From: Octopus sinensis
Lineage: Eukaryota
Assembly (NCBI RefSeq): GCF_006345805.1
Contig: NC_043009.1
Location: 11,594,001 to 11,658,000 of the forward strand
Direction: 5' to 3'
Length of the DNA stretch: 64,000 nt
The position numbers and the translations under genes were made by a program. Below are positions 1 through 14,343 of this stretch, piece by piece. The stretch's first letter is position 1; each line of letters begins with the position of its first letter. The notes under the pieces are model-generated. The model did no database searches and was not told the DNA's origin. It saw only the letters and a list, made by a program, of their open reading frames with translations.

Positions 1-65
1 CAGAACCCGGAACCATGTGGTTTGCAAGCAAGCTACTTACCACACAGCCACCCCTACGCGTGTGG

Positions 66-253
66 GTAAAGGAAAATACTGGGGGATCAATTAATTATGA
101 TTTTATCCAGCATAGTCCTCTCTCAGATTTGCACACCTATTGCAGAAATACTTCAGTTTTTCTTAGCCCTGTAAAAGAACTCGGAAGGGTGGGCCTCCAA
201 CCAAGCTTTTCGCGATACCCTTAACGCCAGGAACTTTTCAGCACCCCTCGTAT
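66..253 (-). mobile_element. Mariner-derived MITE fragment, interrupted by a SINE
   Basis: TIR gccaggaacttttcagcacccctcgta; same family as 28223-28412. Retains FCNRCANLREDYAG*, resembling a mariner transposase C-terminus. Confidence 0.7.
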
Positions 254-1449
254 ATATTGTTTTGAGTATTTGATTTCTGATGGTGTCTGTGACATGCGGT
301 AAATCTTGCAGACTCTTAGACATGTCGGAGGTCGTTAGACTTCATGTTTGATCATAAGTAATTTCTTTTATAGCGTACCGAATTGTTGAACCAATAGAGA
401 CCCTCGCCTTGAATCACAGAAACAGAAAGTGAACTTGGGAAAGAAATAAACAGAATGAGCGATCAGATAAAGGGGATGAATGAGGGAAAGAGGAAGTGAA
501 AAGAAGAGGAGAAGAGTGTAATAAACAGAGAGAGAGAGAGAGAGAGACTTTGTGTGTGTGTGTGTGAAAAGAAATAATGATTACAATAGTAAAAGTCGGG
601 CAAAGAAAGATGTAAATGTGTAGGTTAGACGAGAAAGACTTGACAAGAAGGCGTTTTAAAATAGGGAAATTTTCAAATTGCTTGAAAGAGAGAAGTAGGT
701 AATCGGAATAGTAAATAAAGAGATACAAAGAGAGGTTTCGCAGATCCAAATAGCAAATGAATAGTTGGTGGGAGAGAGAGAGAGGGGGGATGAGAGAGAG
801 AGAGAGAGAGAAGGAGGGAAGGAAAGAAATATTTATTCCTAATTGTCAAAGATAATAGGAAGAAAAAAAATTTAACTCATGCCTTGAGGCGTCAAGCGAA
901 CTTACAGAAGAATTGGTTCATTACACTAAAGCGCACAAATATGTAATGTCACACGCATGTGCACAAAGGTGCAATTAACCCCCCCCCCCCTGCACACAAA
1001 TACACAATGACACATTCATGCACAAATGTGCAATGACATTCAGACACACACACACACACATAGGCAATTACAAACTACGCGCATGTGCAATGACAGATTA
1101 AGTCAGTGGTATAACTGCCGTGTCCCTTAATTCAGTCATACCATTCACAACAAACCTAGTTTCAGTACGTATATACACGCTGTGTATATACACGCTGCTG
1201 TGTATATACATAGCTATTCTCAAACTGAAGAGAGATTCTCATCCACACACACACACACACACATACACTCACACTCACACACAAACACATACACACTCAG
1301 ATGCGCGTAGAGACAAACATACATATATGTATGCCCATGTGTGTGTTTGTAGATGTATAATTGTCTAGGTAGACAGACATACAGACAGACAGAAAGAAAG
1401 ACAGACAGACAGACGGACAGATAGATAGATAGATAGATAGATAGATATA

Positions 1450-1483
<34 letters not shown>

Positions 1484-1644
1484 TACAGACAGACAGACGA
1501 ACAGATAGATAGATAATATTGTGTGTCTGTGTATGTGTGTGTATCTGTTTATGGGTATGTGTGTGTGTGTGTGTGTGTATGTGTGTGTGTGTGTGCTAGT
1601 GCGTGTATATAGAAGCGCATGGCTTACTGGTTTTTAGTGTCGAA

Positions 1645-2300
<656 letters not shown>

Positions 2301-3992
2301 GCCTTGATCATAAGATTGTTATTTTGATCCCTGTACAGGGCAATGCGTTGCGTTTTTGAGGAAAACACTTCGAGTTGCTCCAATTTGCTCAGCTGCCAAA
2401 AATGAATAATCCCGCGATAGCTCGGCTTTCCGTCCAGGTATGTGGGGAGTACATACGCCAGATAATATGGGGGACCGGCCCTATGGGTTTTATATATAAG
2501 TGTATGTGAATCATTATTTTCATTTTTTATTTTCATATAATTTAATGGAATAACTAGATAACAAAAGTTGCTGGTATTTCTGTTATTTCATTACACTCGT
2601 TTCTTCAATCGATAATCAGTAATTAATAATTAGTACATATTATATCGATTGAGAGCTTAATGTAGCCGTAACAGTGAACGTCAATCTTATTTGGCAATTT
2701 GTTGCTCACCTAACGCATCTACTTCTACATACACACACACACACACAAATAAACACAAACAAACACACACACATTTACACTACACACACACTCACACACA
2801 TATATGCATACATAGTGTCTGTCAACTCGTAGACGAGTATGACCATCACCGACAAATTACTTATCCTTGATGTTGCGTACTGTAGCTATGATCAATGCTT
2901 GTGCTAAAATTTGAAGTTAATGACAGCTTTGCACAACAACACAATGATTCTCACCTACAAAACAAAGCTATCCAGAAACAAACAAATGCAAGAATATGAT
3001 ATTTGTAGTGGAACGGGTTTCATTTCGTAGTTTCCTCCTCCTACAAAGACGTGACTAAACAAAGACTTGGGATCTCTCACTCTCAGCTGTCGGATGACCG
3101 TTAACTCTGTTGAGCTCATCCGCCCTTTGACACATTTTATTTTTAGTCCTGCATGGTGTCCAAATAAAGCTACATTCCTACCAAGCAGGCTTAGTAGGGT
3201 TGCCGGTTTAGTAGCCGACAGCCCAACTATGCTACAGGTTGTCCTCAGTTACATGGTACCAGTAGCACTACATGTGATCTGACATACATTTTGGCTGTTC
3301 CACGCGTGAACGAGGAAGGCCATCACTGACTCTAAGAATAGTGTACACTCAAGTAGCAAAACTCATAGAAAATGATATCAATGCTTCTGCAAAATTCTAG
3401 GTCCAATAAATCTTGAACGACATCACAAAGATCATTACTATCCTTAAGTTGCAATGCTCATAGAAAATGGTAGCAATGCCTGTGCAAAATTCTTGGTCCA
3501 ATAAATCTTGAAGAACATCTTATGGACATGATCCAGAGACAAACCGAGGCAAGGTATTTAATGCCAATGTGGGTTGTTGTGTCAAGAATTTGTGAGCGCA
3601 TTGATCCCAAGCGCAAAGAAAAGATCTCCAGAATGTCCAATGGTACTCCCGGCATATCCGGTTTTATATCAAACTGAACTTTTCCTAGAGACATGCTTTA
3701 ACTAAAGCTTAGGGTTGCCTCACTCCTAATGGCCTTCTAGCACGCGGACACCAACCCGGAATTTCAGAGTGTCAGGACTATTGCAAGATAATTGTTGAAC
3801 ATATAATGGGTTCGTCCGTCCTTTTGACATTCTTGGTTTTAATCTTGCTGAGTTTCTAGCAACCATCTTCACTAAGCTAGCCTGGTGGGTTGCCAGTTTA
3901 GTCAGCGACAACCCGACCATGCAACAAGTTGTACTGGACTTCATTTCACCAGTAACACTCATGAAAGACCTCACAGGTGACCTGATTTGACA

Positions 3993-4090
3993 TGCATACA
4001 TACATACATACATACATACATACATACACACATACATACATACATACATACATACATACATACATACATACATACATACATACATACATA
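3993..4090. repeat. (TACA)n microsatellite
   Basis: Direct reading. Confidence 0.95.
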
Positions 4091-4131
4091 CACTCACACG
4101 TATTTATACAATGTTTAGGAAATGCACTTAC

Positions 4132-4268
4132 TTTAAGGTCTGGTGGTGTGACTACAACCAATTGCATCATATCATATTTTACAGACACTCGAACTCCAAC
4201 GCCGGAACTGGTTAGAATAGTGAAATTGTCTTGTTTACCTTTTCGGCTATTATCAATAATTGCTACTT
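4132..4268 (-). CDS. Mesh/SUSD2-like exon, VWD domain; last exon found, gene appears to continue left of the window
   Basis: ttgttttcag acceptor, GTAAGT donor, 137 nt, phase 1-0. Encodes NFTILTSSGVGVRV...MMQLVVVTPPDLK. The expected following GL(L/F)G exon was not found in 1-4126. Confidence 0.9.
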
Positions 4269-4989
4269 CTGAAAACAATTGAAATTTTAAAAATATTTGT
4301 AGCGGAGTAAAGAACTTACAAAGCTGCAAAATAGAAAATTAATAAAAAGGAAAAGAAAAGATTAATTATCAGTTATTATTAATGCAATACTTTGGGGGAA
4401 TCTTAAAGATAATGCACTTTATATTTTTATCAAAATATTTTTATTGTTCTTGATTCATAATGATTTTGCTATGACGGCCGTGGACTTTCGCTGAGAAAAT
4501 CTTTCATCTATTAAACCACCAACAACAATATCATCATCATCATCATCATCATCATAGTGTTGCCATTATTTTCGTCTTTTCCTTTATAATTATTATTGTT
4601 GTTTTAGCCATCAGTAAATGATTGCTGTTGAGCAACAACTAAGTCCCAGCTTTTATTGAAAAGACAATTTTTCTACACTAATACCTCGAAAACACCACGG
4701 AATGTATGAATATCTCCAGAATGTATTTCCCTTACCCTAAAAACTATGGTTTTGTATCCATGTGAACATTCAATTTGTTACGATACTCTCTTGACTGTCC
4801 TCTAATAGAAAAGGTTGATAGTAACTCTAAAAGTATATTTGCTTCAGGGACAGTAATTCGATATTTCAAAACTATGAATGATCTGAGATATGGACACCAA
4901 AGAGAATTAAAGTTTTGGACAAGTTTCACAAAAGGAAACAGAAATAATCCTGAAGCTGGAGAAGTTCTTCTAATCCATAATGAATTCTT

Positions 4990-5723
4990 TGGGTCTGTTT
5001 ATACAAGGATTGTTTTTGTACGACATGTCACCAACAACTGTTGTATGAAATATAGATCTTTGCGATTTCGGTGAAGGACAATTAAGTTGTGTAAGGTCTA
5101 TAGCTTTGCGGAATTGCGTCTAAGGGAATTCGAGACAGTCTCGTGAGTAGAAATCCCCGAAACTTTAGCTGCACACACCAGCCATCACTAACAAGGGCTT
5201 CATCGGACATAGAATAGTCCGCCCTTGAGTATAATACGCAGGGAATTTTTAAGGGGCTGTACTTCTGAAAAACCTAAACCTTGTGTATAATACGCACCCC
5301 TTCTCTAACATAAGTCGTGCGTAATTAAGCCAGCAGCAACATAGTCGAACAAACACTTCTGTGCATGCGTAATACAATAATGGTGATGTTCTCAGCTGTT
5401 AAATGGGAATGTAAATATGTTTGCAGATTATCTTTGTTACATGTTATTCTGTGTTCTGAATACTTTTTATTTTAATAAATGTTGCTTACTGCAAGTTATG
5501 GATGATTCTTTTATGACTTCATTGCTCTCAGGCTTAGCTTAAGGTATTTTCGCGCCCGACATCACAAAATGCGTCTGAATAAACATTGCCGGACAGCAAA
5601 TAGAGACTCGGACATTGCTTAGAAAATATTTTCCATTTTTAACCTCGTATATAGTAGGCACTAGGGATTTTGACCTTTAAATTTTTGGGGGAAAATGCGG
5701 ATTATACTCGAGGATTTACGGTA
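4990..5723 (+). mobile_element. Degenerate pogo/Tc2-like DNA transposon remnant
   Basis: Terminal ctcgaggatttacggta and repeated subterminal gtataatacgca. A stop-riddled VV*GL*LCGIAS resembles the pogo F.KCGI C-terminal motif. Left end not found. Confidence 0.45.
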
Positions 5724-5954
5724 TTTTAGATAATAAATGTTATATTTACATAACCACCCTACTTAATTATAATAATATTGTTTATCTAATCCATATCATT
5801 AGGGAGTAAATGAAATCAGTATCTCTCAAAAACAGCGAGACTAAACAAGTTAACACCAGAAGTAAATCTAGTGAGACCCCTTAAAACAATTACGATTTGG
5901 GGGTCTCCTGCAACCATATTAGTGACATACGATGCATTTCCACATTTTATGTTT

Positions 5955-6145
5955 TATCTTTTACTTTTGTCGGTCATTAAACTGCGGCCATGCTGTGCTT
6001 TGAAACAGTTTCAGTCGAATGAATCGATCCCAGTACATTATTTTTCTTAAGCCTCGTACTTATTCTATCGGTTACTTTTGCCGGACTGCTAAGTTACGGG
6101 GATGTAAACACACCAAAACTGGTTCTCAAGCGATGATGGGGACAA

Positions 6146-6180
<35 letters not shown>

Positions 6181-6555
6181 ATAAAATACAAAATGGGACA
6201 AGAACGCAAAACATCCGGGCAACTAGGTGATACAAAAGGGGAAAAGAAAATATCCAGATAGATGATACAAAAGAACACGCACGGGTCATTCGAAGCCTTT
6301 TATCTTCAGTCAAGAACCGGATCATCCTCGCAATTTCGGCTGATTAATCTTGAGATTGCTCCGATCTGGCCAACCCCAAGGAAAAGCTAAGCTATATATA
6401 CGACAGGCTTCTTTCAGTTTCCGTCTATTAAATTCACTCACAAGGTTTTGGTCAACCCGTGGCTGTAGTAGAAGACACTTGCTCAAGGTGCCACACAGTG
6501 GGACTGGACCTGGAACCGTATTGTTGGGAAGCAGGTTTCTTACCACACAGTCAAG
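5955..6555 (-). mobile_element. SINE family A (older copy) with a nested Penelope-like fragment at about 6180-6395 in its (TA)n
   Basis: SINE body resumes after the insert. The insert matches 61440-61650 in reverse complement. Confidence 0.75.
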
Positions 6556-7379
6556 CCTGAAAGTTCTCATCTGAATATAAAACGTCCAAACAACTGTTCG
6601 TATCCTACTGTAAGTAAAGACAATCTCCTCCCTTTTAACGACCCCAAATGAAGAATTAGAAAGAAAAGAAACCCACACGAGTAATACGTGTGTACGACAA
6701 ACCTAATTATTGTAGTGCACTTCTTCTAGCGTTCTTTTATACCACCGACTCCAGCACCCACAATAACATAATGTTATTAATGTATAATTATACGTGATTT
6801 CTTAAATATGATAATTAAATATTGAAAGCTGAGTAAAAGACAAAAGCATCAAACGCAAAGAATACAAAATAATAACCACATATTAACTGATCTATAATTA
6901 GAATATTTTTTTTTAAATATTTATGATTATTTTCTTGTTCTTGTATTAATCGTAAGTGACGCTGGCAATAATCTATATAGCTTCTTCTAAAGTAATTATC
7001 ATAACACAGTAATTAGTTGACAACTGATAATATGTTTCAATGTAAGTGTAAATATTAATTGATATCTTAAATCAGAATCAAAGACTTTAGCATTGTGGCC
7101 TTTGGTAACTTAAATTTGGATTTTCAAAACAAATATTTATTCAATGCGAAAATATTGAAAATCTCATTGATTTTTCGAAAAAATGTATCAAATCTGTTTT
7201 TATATAAACAACGCTGACTGAACTTAATTTCAGATGTCTGTATGTGTGGATCCTCACATTAGAAATGTAAATTTGTTGGAATTTTGAATTTCTTATTTTT
7301 ATGTGCGTGTGTCTTTATTATACAGAAAAATTATGTGTATATGTGCATGTGTGTGTTTGTGCATATATATATATATATA

Positions 7380-7442
<63 letters not shown>

Positions 7443-7458
7443 GTGTACTGATGAGGTT

Positions 7459-7773
7459 AGTGAAGGCGCATGGCTCAGTGGTTAGAGCGTCGAGCTTACG
7501 ATCGTGAGGTTGTGAGCTCGAATCTCGGACCGGGCTGCGTGTTGTGCTCTTGAGTAAGACACTTTATTTCACGTTGCTCCAGTTCCCTCAGATGCCAAGC
7601 CGTATCGGCCCCTTTGCCTTTCCCTTGAATAACACTGGTGGCATAGAGAGGGGAGGCCGGTATACATGGGCGACTGCTGGTCTTCCATAAACAACCTTGC
7701 CCGGACTTGTGCCTGGGAGGGTAACTTTCTAGGTGCAATCCCATGGTCAGTGTCGTGACCGAAGGGGATCCCC
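7459..7773 (+). mobile_element. tRNA(Arg)-like SINE family D with 13-bp TSD
   Basis: Head ggcgcatggctcagtggttagagcg with ttACGat loop. Flanked by actgatgaggtta on both sides. Second copy at about 48905-49245. Confidence 0.88.
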
Positions 7774-7884
7774 GACTGATGAGGTTAAATATTAACGTCT
7801 GTGAATTTGATCATATCCATAAATATTAACAGTATTGATTAGAGATTTTCATTATGAAAGAAACTATATAAATAACATTCTTAC

Positions 7885-8061
7885 GTCTGTGAATTTGAGC
7901 ATATCCATTTTCCTCATTAAAGTGTAGATATTCATTATTTACGGAAATATCAAGGACATATTCATCTGTATGAGGGTACCTCATTCTTATTTCAACGTTG
8001 CTTTCTTGTTGGGATCGTATAGCCACTGCTACCAGACTGGTGAATTCTTTGGGCACAGAAG
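7885..8061 (-). CDS. Mesh/SUSD2-like exon, VWD domain
   Basis: tttgtag acceptor, GTAAGA donor, 177 nt, phase 1-1. Encodes FTSLVAVAIRSQQESNVEIRM...LDISVNNEYL. Confidence 0.88.
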
Positions 8062-8232
8062 CTACAAATTAGAAAACATACAATTCAGATTTATTTGTCT
8101 CATATAAGTAATAAACCCTTCAACTGTTTGTTCGCTGAGGAGGAATAACGAGGCTGAAATATACTCATAGTTATTACCGTACAAACAGACAAACTCCTCA
8201 TTACATGTTACCTTTAAAATTTTAACCAGTAG

Positions 8233-8612
8233 GCGTAGGAGTGGCTGTGTGCTAAGTAGCTTGCTTACCAACCACATGAATCCGGGTTCAGTCCCACTGC
8301 GTGGCACCTTGGGCAAGTGTCTTCTTGGGCCGACCAAAGCCTTGTGAGTGGATTTGGTAGACGGAAACTGAAAGACACACATCGTATATATGTACATATG
8401 TGTGTGTGTGTGTGTGTGTGTTTGTCCCCACAACATCGCTTGACAACCGATGCTGGTGTGTTTACGTTCCCGTAACTTAGTGGTTCGGCAAAAGAGACCG
8501 ATAGAATAAGTACTAGGCTTACAAAGAATAAGTCCTGGGGTCGATTTGCTCGGCGAAAGGCGGTGCTCCAGTATGGCTACAGTCAAATGACTGAAACAAG
8601 TAAAAGAGACTT
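8233..8612 (+). mobile_element. SINE family A, opposite orientation to most copies
   Basis: aggagtggctgtg head at the left end, tactctttt-type tail at the right. Confidence 0.88.
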
Positions 8613-9239
8613 TTAATTTTGGAGTTCTCTCTCTAGCTTTTCTAGAAAACAATCCTCATTAAGAGTGTCCTAATAGTTGTAGATAACGTTATTTCGCTCT
8701 TCTTCTGAGCTCCTCAGCGCTACTGATTATTTTATTTTATTTTTACGGGTGTATTTTCAATAGGTTTCAAATTCTTTTTACGATTGCATTACGTTAACCC
8801 ACTCCTACCCAGTAATTTGCTGTGTTCTTTTTTCTGTCAAGACTGTTTGTAGCGATATGAAAGAGATTTAACTGTTGTTTCTAGAAAACCTTGCGACCAC
8901 GTACAGTCGTGTTCTCGGGCTCGAAGCATCGTTATACGTAGTTGCTGATAATCAGATAAAATCTGATAACTATGATTATACTATTTTTCCTTTCAAATCC
9001 ATTGGTTTTCACTCCTCAGTTATCATATCACATTGTTCACCACTTTAGATATCAATAGTTAGCGAAACCAGTAAGATGCACAGAGGTCAAAATAGTTGGT
9101 CCCTTGTAGAATGAGTTAGGATTTTGTTCTCATGTAGTAACTAATTGATGTACATTGAAAGGGTTTCTGAATAGAAACTAGGACTCTCTGCTAATGAAGC
9201 TCTCACATATTCTTTTTTCCTCTAGGCACAAGGCCTGAA

Positions 9240-9610
9240 ATTTTTGGAGAGGTGGGGTCAGTCAATTAAATCGATCCCAGTAATTCACTGGTACTTAATT
9301 TATCGACTCTGAAAGGATGAAAGGCAGTGTCGACCTCGGCGGAATTTGAACTCAGAACGTAAAGACAAACGAAATACCTATTTCTTTATTACCCACAAGG
9401 GGCTAAACACAGAGGGGAGAAACAAGGACAGACAGACGGATTAAGTCGATTATATCAACCCCAGTGCGTAACAGGTACTTATTTAATCGACTCCGAAAGG
9501 ATGAAAGGCAAAGTCGACCTCGGCGGAATCTGAACTCAGAAAGTAACGGCAGACGAAATACGGCTAGGCATTTCGCCCGGCCTGCTAATGTTTCTGCCAG
9601 CTCGCCGCAT
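9240..9610 (-). mobile_element. SINE family B, two-unit form
   Basis: Head ggcgagctggcagaaacattagc and B box gttcagattcc. Internal junction aaagaaatag|gtatttcg. Confidence 0.85.
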
Positions 9611-9790
9611 ATTAAATGCACGCCTTGCACTTTATGTTGCTGAATTCTACTTTCTTCTCATATTGTATGCATAATTAATTCCTTTCATCTTTTGAATTTT
9701 ATAATATCGTGATGGGAAAGCAGTTTAATTATCAGTTTCGAAAGAACAACCAATCAGCTAACGCAATATGAAAAGATACTCTCTCTCTCA

Positions 9791-9824
<34 letters not shown>

Positions 9825-9831
9825 CTATCTA

Positions 9832-9874
<43 letters not shown>

Positions 9875-9917
9875 ATTATATATATATATATATTATAGAG
9901 AGAGAGAGAGATAGATT

Positions 9918-9987
<70 letters not shown>

Positions 9988-10214
9988 AATACATGTATAT
10001 ATATACATATTTGTATGTTTATATATATTATATATATATGTATATGTATATATATACTATATACATAGAGGCAAAAATATTTTCCTAAATTCACACACAC
10101 GCACATATACACACATATATAAAACATGAATAAATATACATATATACATAAATGTATGCCTACATAATACAAGTATACCTACTTATATACATTCACACTA
10201 ATTGACAAAAGCAT

Positions 10215-10775
10215 ATACGTACGTACATATATGTATGTACGTATGTATGTATGTATGTATGTAAGCATGTATGTATTATGTATGTATGTATGTATGTATG
10301 TAAGCATGTATGTATGTATGTATGTATGTATGTATGTATGTATGCATGCATGCATGTATGTATGTATGTATGCATGTATGTAAGCATGTATGTATGTATG
10401 TTTGTATGTATGTATGTATGTATGCATGCATGCATGTATGTATGTATGTATGTATGCATGTATGATGTATGTATGTATGCATGTATGTATGTATTATGTA
10501 TGTATGTATGTATGTATGTATGTATGTATGTATGTATGCATGTATGTATATATGTATGCATGTATGTATGTAAGCATGTATTATGTATGTATGCATGTGT
10601 GCATGTATGTATGTATGTATACATGTATGTATGTATGATGTATGTATGTATGTATGTATGTATGTATGTATGTATACATGTATGTATGCATGTATGTATA
10701 CATGTATGTATGTATGTATGTATGTATGTATGTATGTATGTATTTATGTATTATGTATGTATGTGTATGTCTGTG
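10215..10775. repeat. Long degenerate (TATG)n microsatellite
   Basis: Direct reading; source of the MYVC/HTYI ORFs. Confidence 0.95.
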
Positions 10776-10851
10776 CGGACGTGTGTGAATTAAAAATAAT
10801 TTTAGAAAGTTAATTTACAAATTATGGAAGAAAAATGGGTTTAAAGCGTAC

Positions 10852-10995
10852 ATGCAACGTTGGGAGACCGATCGAAATCTCCTTGAAGCAGGAAGTTCTT
10901 ATCGTCTGATTGAAGGAGCCAGTACATGCCGAGGATCTGCATCGTGTAATTTTTCCCATCAAATGTGATTACATGAGGATCTCCGAATAGAACAC
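10852..10995 (-). CDS. Mesh/SUSD2-like exon, start of VWD domain (GDPH)
   Basis: attttcag acceptor, GTACGC donor, 144 nt, phase 1-1. Encodes VLFGDPHVITFDGKNYTMQILGMYWLL. Confidence 0.92.
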
Positions 10996-11204
10996 CTGAA
11001 AATATTGCAAACATACACCAAATAAGTTACTTGCTCCCTTTCGCTTTTGTTGCTTTCTTACCTTATTATTTCTTTTCGTTTTTTTTTTTAATTGAGAAAA
11101 CTTATTTTCTGAGACAAAAGCAGAATTTGTTTTAACTGATTTCCCTGAATGGAAGCAACTTCCATTGTTTCCATAGATTTTCAAGAGATTCCAGATAAAC
11201 GGTA

Positions 11205-11262
<58 letters not shown>

Positions 11263-11264
11263 TA

Positions 11265-11343
<79 letters not shown>

Positions 11344-11390
11344 CAACAACAACAACAACAACAATATTAATAATAGTAATATTAATAATG

Positions 11391-11465
<75 letters not shown>
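11205..11465. repeat. (AAT/AAC)n microsatellite
   Basis: Direct reading. Confidence 0.95.
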
Positions 11466-12590
11466 CATCTTTTCTACTCTGGGCACAAGACTCAAAATCT
11501 TTGGGTGGAAGGCCAGTCGAGAGATCGATCCCAGTACGCAACTGGTACTTAATTTATCGACCCCCGAAAGGCCAAAAAGCAAAGTCGAACTCGGTGATGT
11601 TTCAACTCAGAACGCAAACACGGACGAAATGCTATCGATCCTGCCAGCCTCTAATTTCGTTCCTACCACATCAGCATTCAACCCTTGCTTATATAATATC
11701 ATCGCCCTAGAATCGACAAAGTATGTATCGGCTAGAGTTTTTACTATTCAGATTTCTAATACTTTTACATTGAGGATAGGTTTTAATATCCACAGCGTTA
11801 CAGACTGGGAAGATAATCGTGGCTGATTCAATGCTTGAACGACTCAGATAAATGCGTCAGTAGAAAATAAACTCAAAATTTACTCGAATGCCAGCAAAAT
11901 TTGGACTTCATTAATGGCGCAGAATCTCACGCGCTTTTGTTGTCTAACTCCAGCTCAACTCATGTTTGATCTATGACCAAAGCTATCTCCGGAATGACTA
12001 GCACATTTTTTTCACTATAAGACTATATTATTGATTCCAACACGCCCGAAACCGGCTCTGGTTCTATGATACAAACTCTCTGCTTCAAAAGCAATGTATA
12101 TTAGAACCTTCGATCGCAATTTCACGTTAATTTATCTTTCAGACATCCGTTTAGTAGTGACACTCAATTTGCTAAAGCCTTCATTATTTTCAAAATTAAT
12201 TGAAACAATGAAGGTATAATTTAACATAAAAATGTTAAGCCGGTCGGTGAATAGGTCTACCATTGTTCTGGCTATTGCTGCTATTTCTGCGATCGAATAG
12301 CTAAGGTAAGTTGTGACATTCTTGCATAAAAGTTAATCGTAATCTTCCATGAATGACTGACTTATCTTGTATTTTGAATATAAGTTTCTTTTGTTCTCCG
12401 TAAAACCCCATAAAGATAATTGTTTCCTCTTTGAGCTTTCAAAACTACATTCAGCGTTCTAGAATTTGGTATTTCAAAGACACACTCTTGTAGAAAGCGT
12501 TTCAGGCGCAAATATCACTGAACATTCTGTATATAATACCTCCAATACGGCTACCTACGTGTATGTATATCGATGAAGGATATATGGATG

Positions 12591-12633
<43 letters not shown>

Positions 12634-12724
12634 ATATATATATATATATATATATACATAAATATATATACATATATTTGTATTATATATACTTATAAAT
12701 ATATACATACATATATATTTATCG

Positions 12725-12755
<31 letters not shown>

Positions 12756-13804
12756 TATGGTCACATAAATATTCATATATTCATACCTGCATATATAATA
12801 TATATATAACGGCTGTTAAATGACGGTGATAATGACAATGATGATGATGATGATGGTGGTGATATATATACATACATATATATATATATATTATATATAT
12901 ATATATAATATATATTATATATATATATATATAATATATATATATATATGTATATATATATTTGTAAAAATACATACACTCACATATGTGTATGTGTGTG
13001 TTTGTGTCTATGGATGGCTTCGTGAAACAAAGTATAACGAAATAATATGTGCATTTCCTAATATATAAGTTGGCACAAATTTGTCTCATGGGGTTGGCAG
13101 CGCTGAGACCACTCATGTGTTGTCAGTATTTGTCTCTTTCAAGATATATCCGATATTTTCCTGCAAGTGTCTACCAACTTTATGCGATAATTCAGCAGTT
13201 CTTTCCATGCTGCTGATATCGGTATCTGATAGCAACTAAGATCTCTTATAGGACATTTTAATATCAACCATCTCTTTTTAGCTTGGAAGTGTATCATTTC
13301 TATTCTGAATTTTCAATTATCATTCTAACCTTTACCGTTTGAGTTCAGTCTTTTGTATTTAATCATATTTTAATATACATTGTATTCTGCGGCTAACTAC
13401 CTATCTTGTCAATTACTTCTGACGCTGATATCAATTCTAATATCTCCATTTTCAAAGCGATACGAAAGTTCATCTAAAGCTACCTATTCCATCATTCCTT
13501 TCCTTTTAATAACACTTTTTCAGCACGACTCTAGGATATCTCCTCATTTCTAATCAACATACACCTAATATCAAGCCAGAGTGATTTAGTTCCAAACACT
13601 AGTTTGACGTGGGTGACCACTTACCTCAACATCACAGTTCTATTATAAGCGAATCTTTGGAACATCACCGCTTGACCCAACTTGGTTTCGGCCAAATTTC
13701 AGATACATGTTCCTTTCAATATATGTGAATGTGTATGTATGTGTGTGTATATGTGTATGTATGTATATAATGTGTATGTGCGTGCGCTTGTATATATATA
13801 TATA

Positions 13805-14295
13805 TAGGTTCAGCAAAATTTAGATTCAGATGAATATGGTACTTAAGTCAAAGGCACCAGAATTTTGTATGGCATTATCGATATAAATCAATGGGGTGAT
13901 TATAATCAAAATAAGCAACAAGTATATCCGAGGTAGAGTGGTACAATTGTTTCATGCTACTTCATTTTATTAAACACTGTAAGTATTACATCAGTTTTAA
14001 AATGTCGAGCAATCTTCAGCCACTTATAGAAAATTTACAATCAGAGAATAAATCTACTACAATCATGTTCTTAAGAATGAAATCAACCTCTCTCTCTATA
14101 TATATATATCCACCCTCTTTATAATGTTAGCAAATGAACTAGAGATAAGAATGTGCATTGTCCGTTTGATTGGAAAATTTCTGTAAGTGGCTGAAGATTG
14201 CTCGACATTTTAAAACTGATGTAATACTTACAATGTTTAATAAAATGAAGTAGCATGAAACAATTGTACCACTCTTCCTCGGATATACTTGTTGC

Positions 14296-14301
<6 letters not shown>
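13805..14301. mobile_element. Penelope-like terminal fragments in inverted arrangement between (TA)n runs
   Basis: Inverted arms of about 128 bp (13909-14036 and 14174-14301) flanked by (TA)n. Family assignment is inference. Confidence 0.45.

Positions 14302-14343
<42 letters not shown>

Noticed and set aside
4775-5074. 99-aa plus-strand ORF
   Set aside because: It overlaps a degenerate pogo-like remnant and has no recognisable domain in this frame.
9876-10813. Long ORFs such as MYVCMYVC and HTYIHTYI (also YIYIYI, poly-I/Y/L/E/K/R ORFs elsewhere)
   Set aside because: Translations of microsatellites that lack stop codons; no coding signal.
12224-12312. Plus-strand ATG, hydrophobic peptide and a perfect AAG|GTAAGT donor
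   Set aside because: An in-frame stop precedes the donor, and no downstream exon was found.
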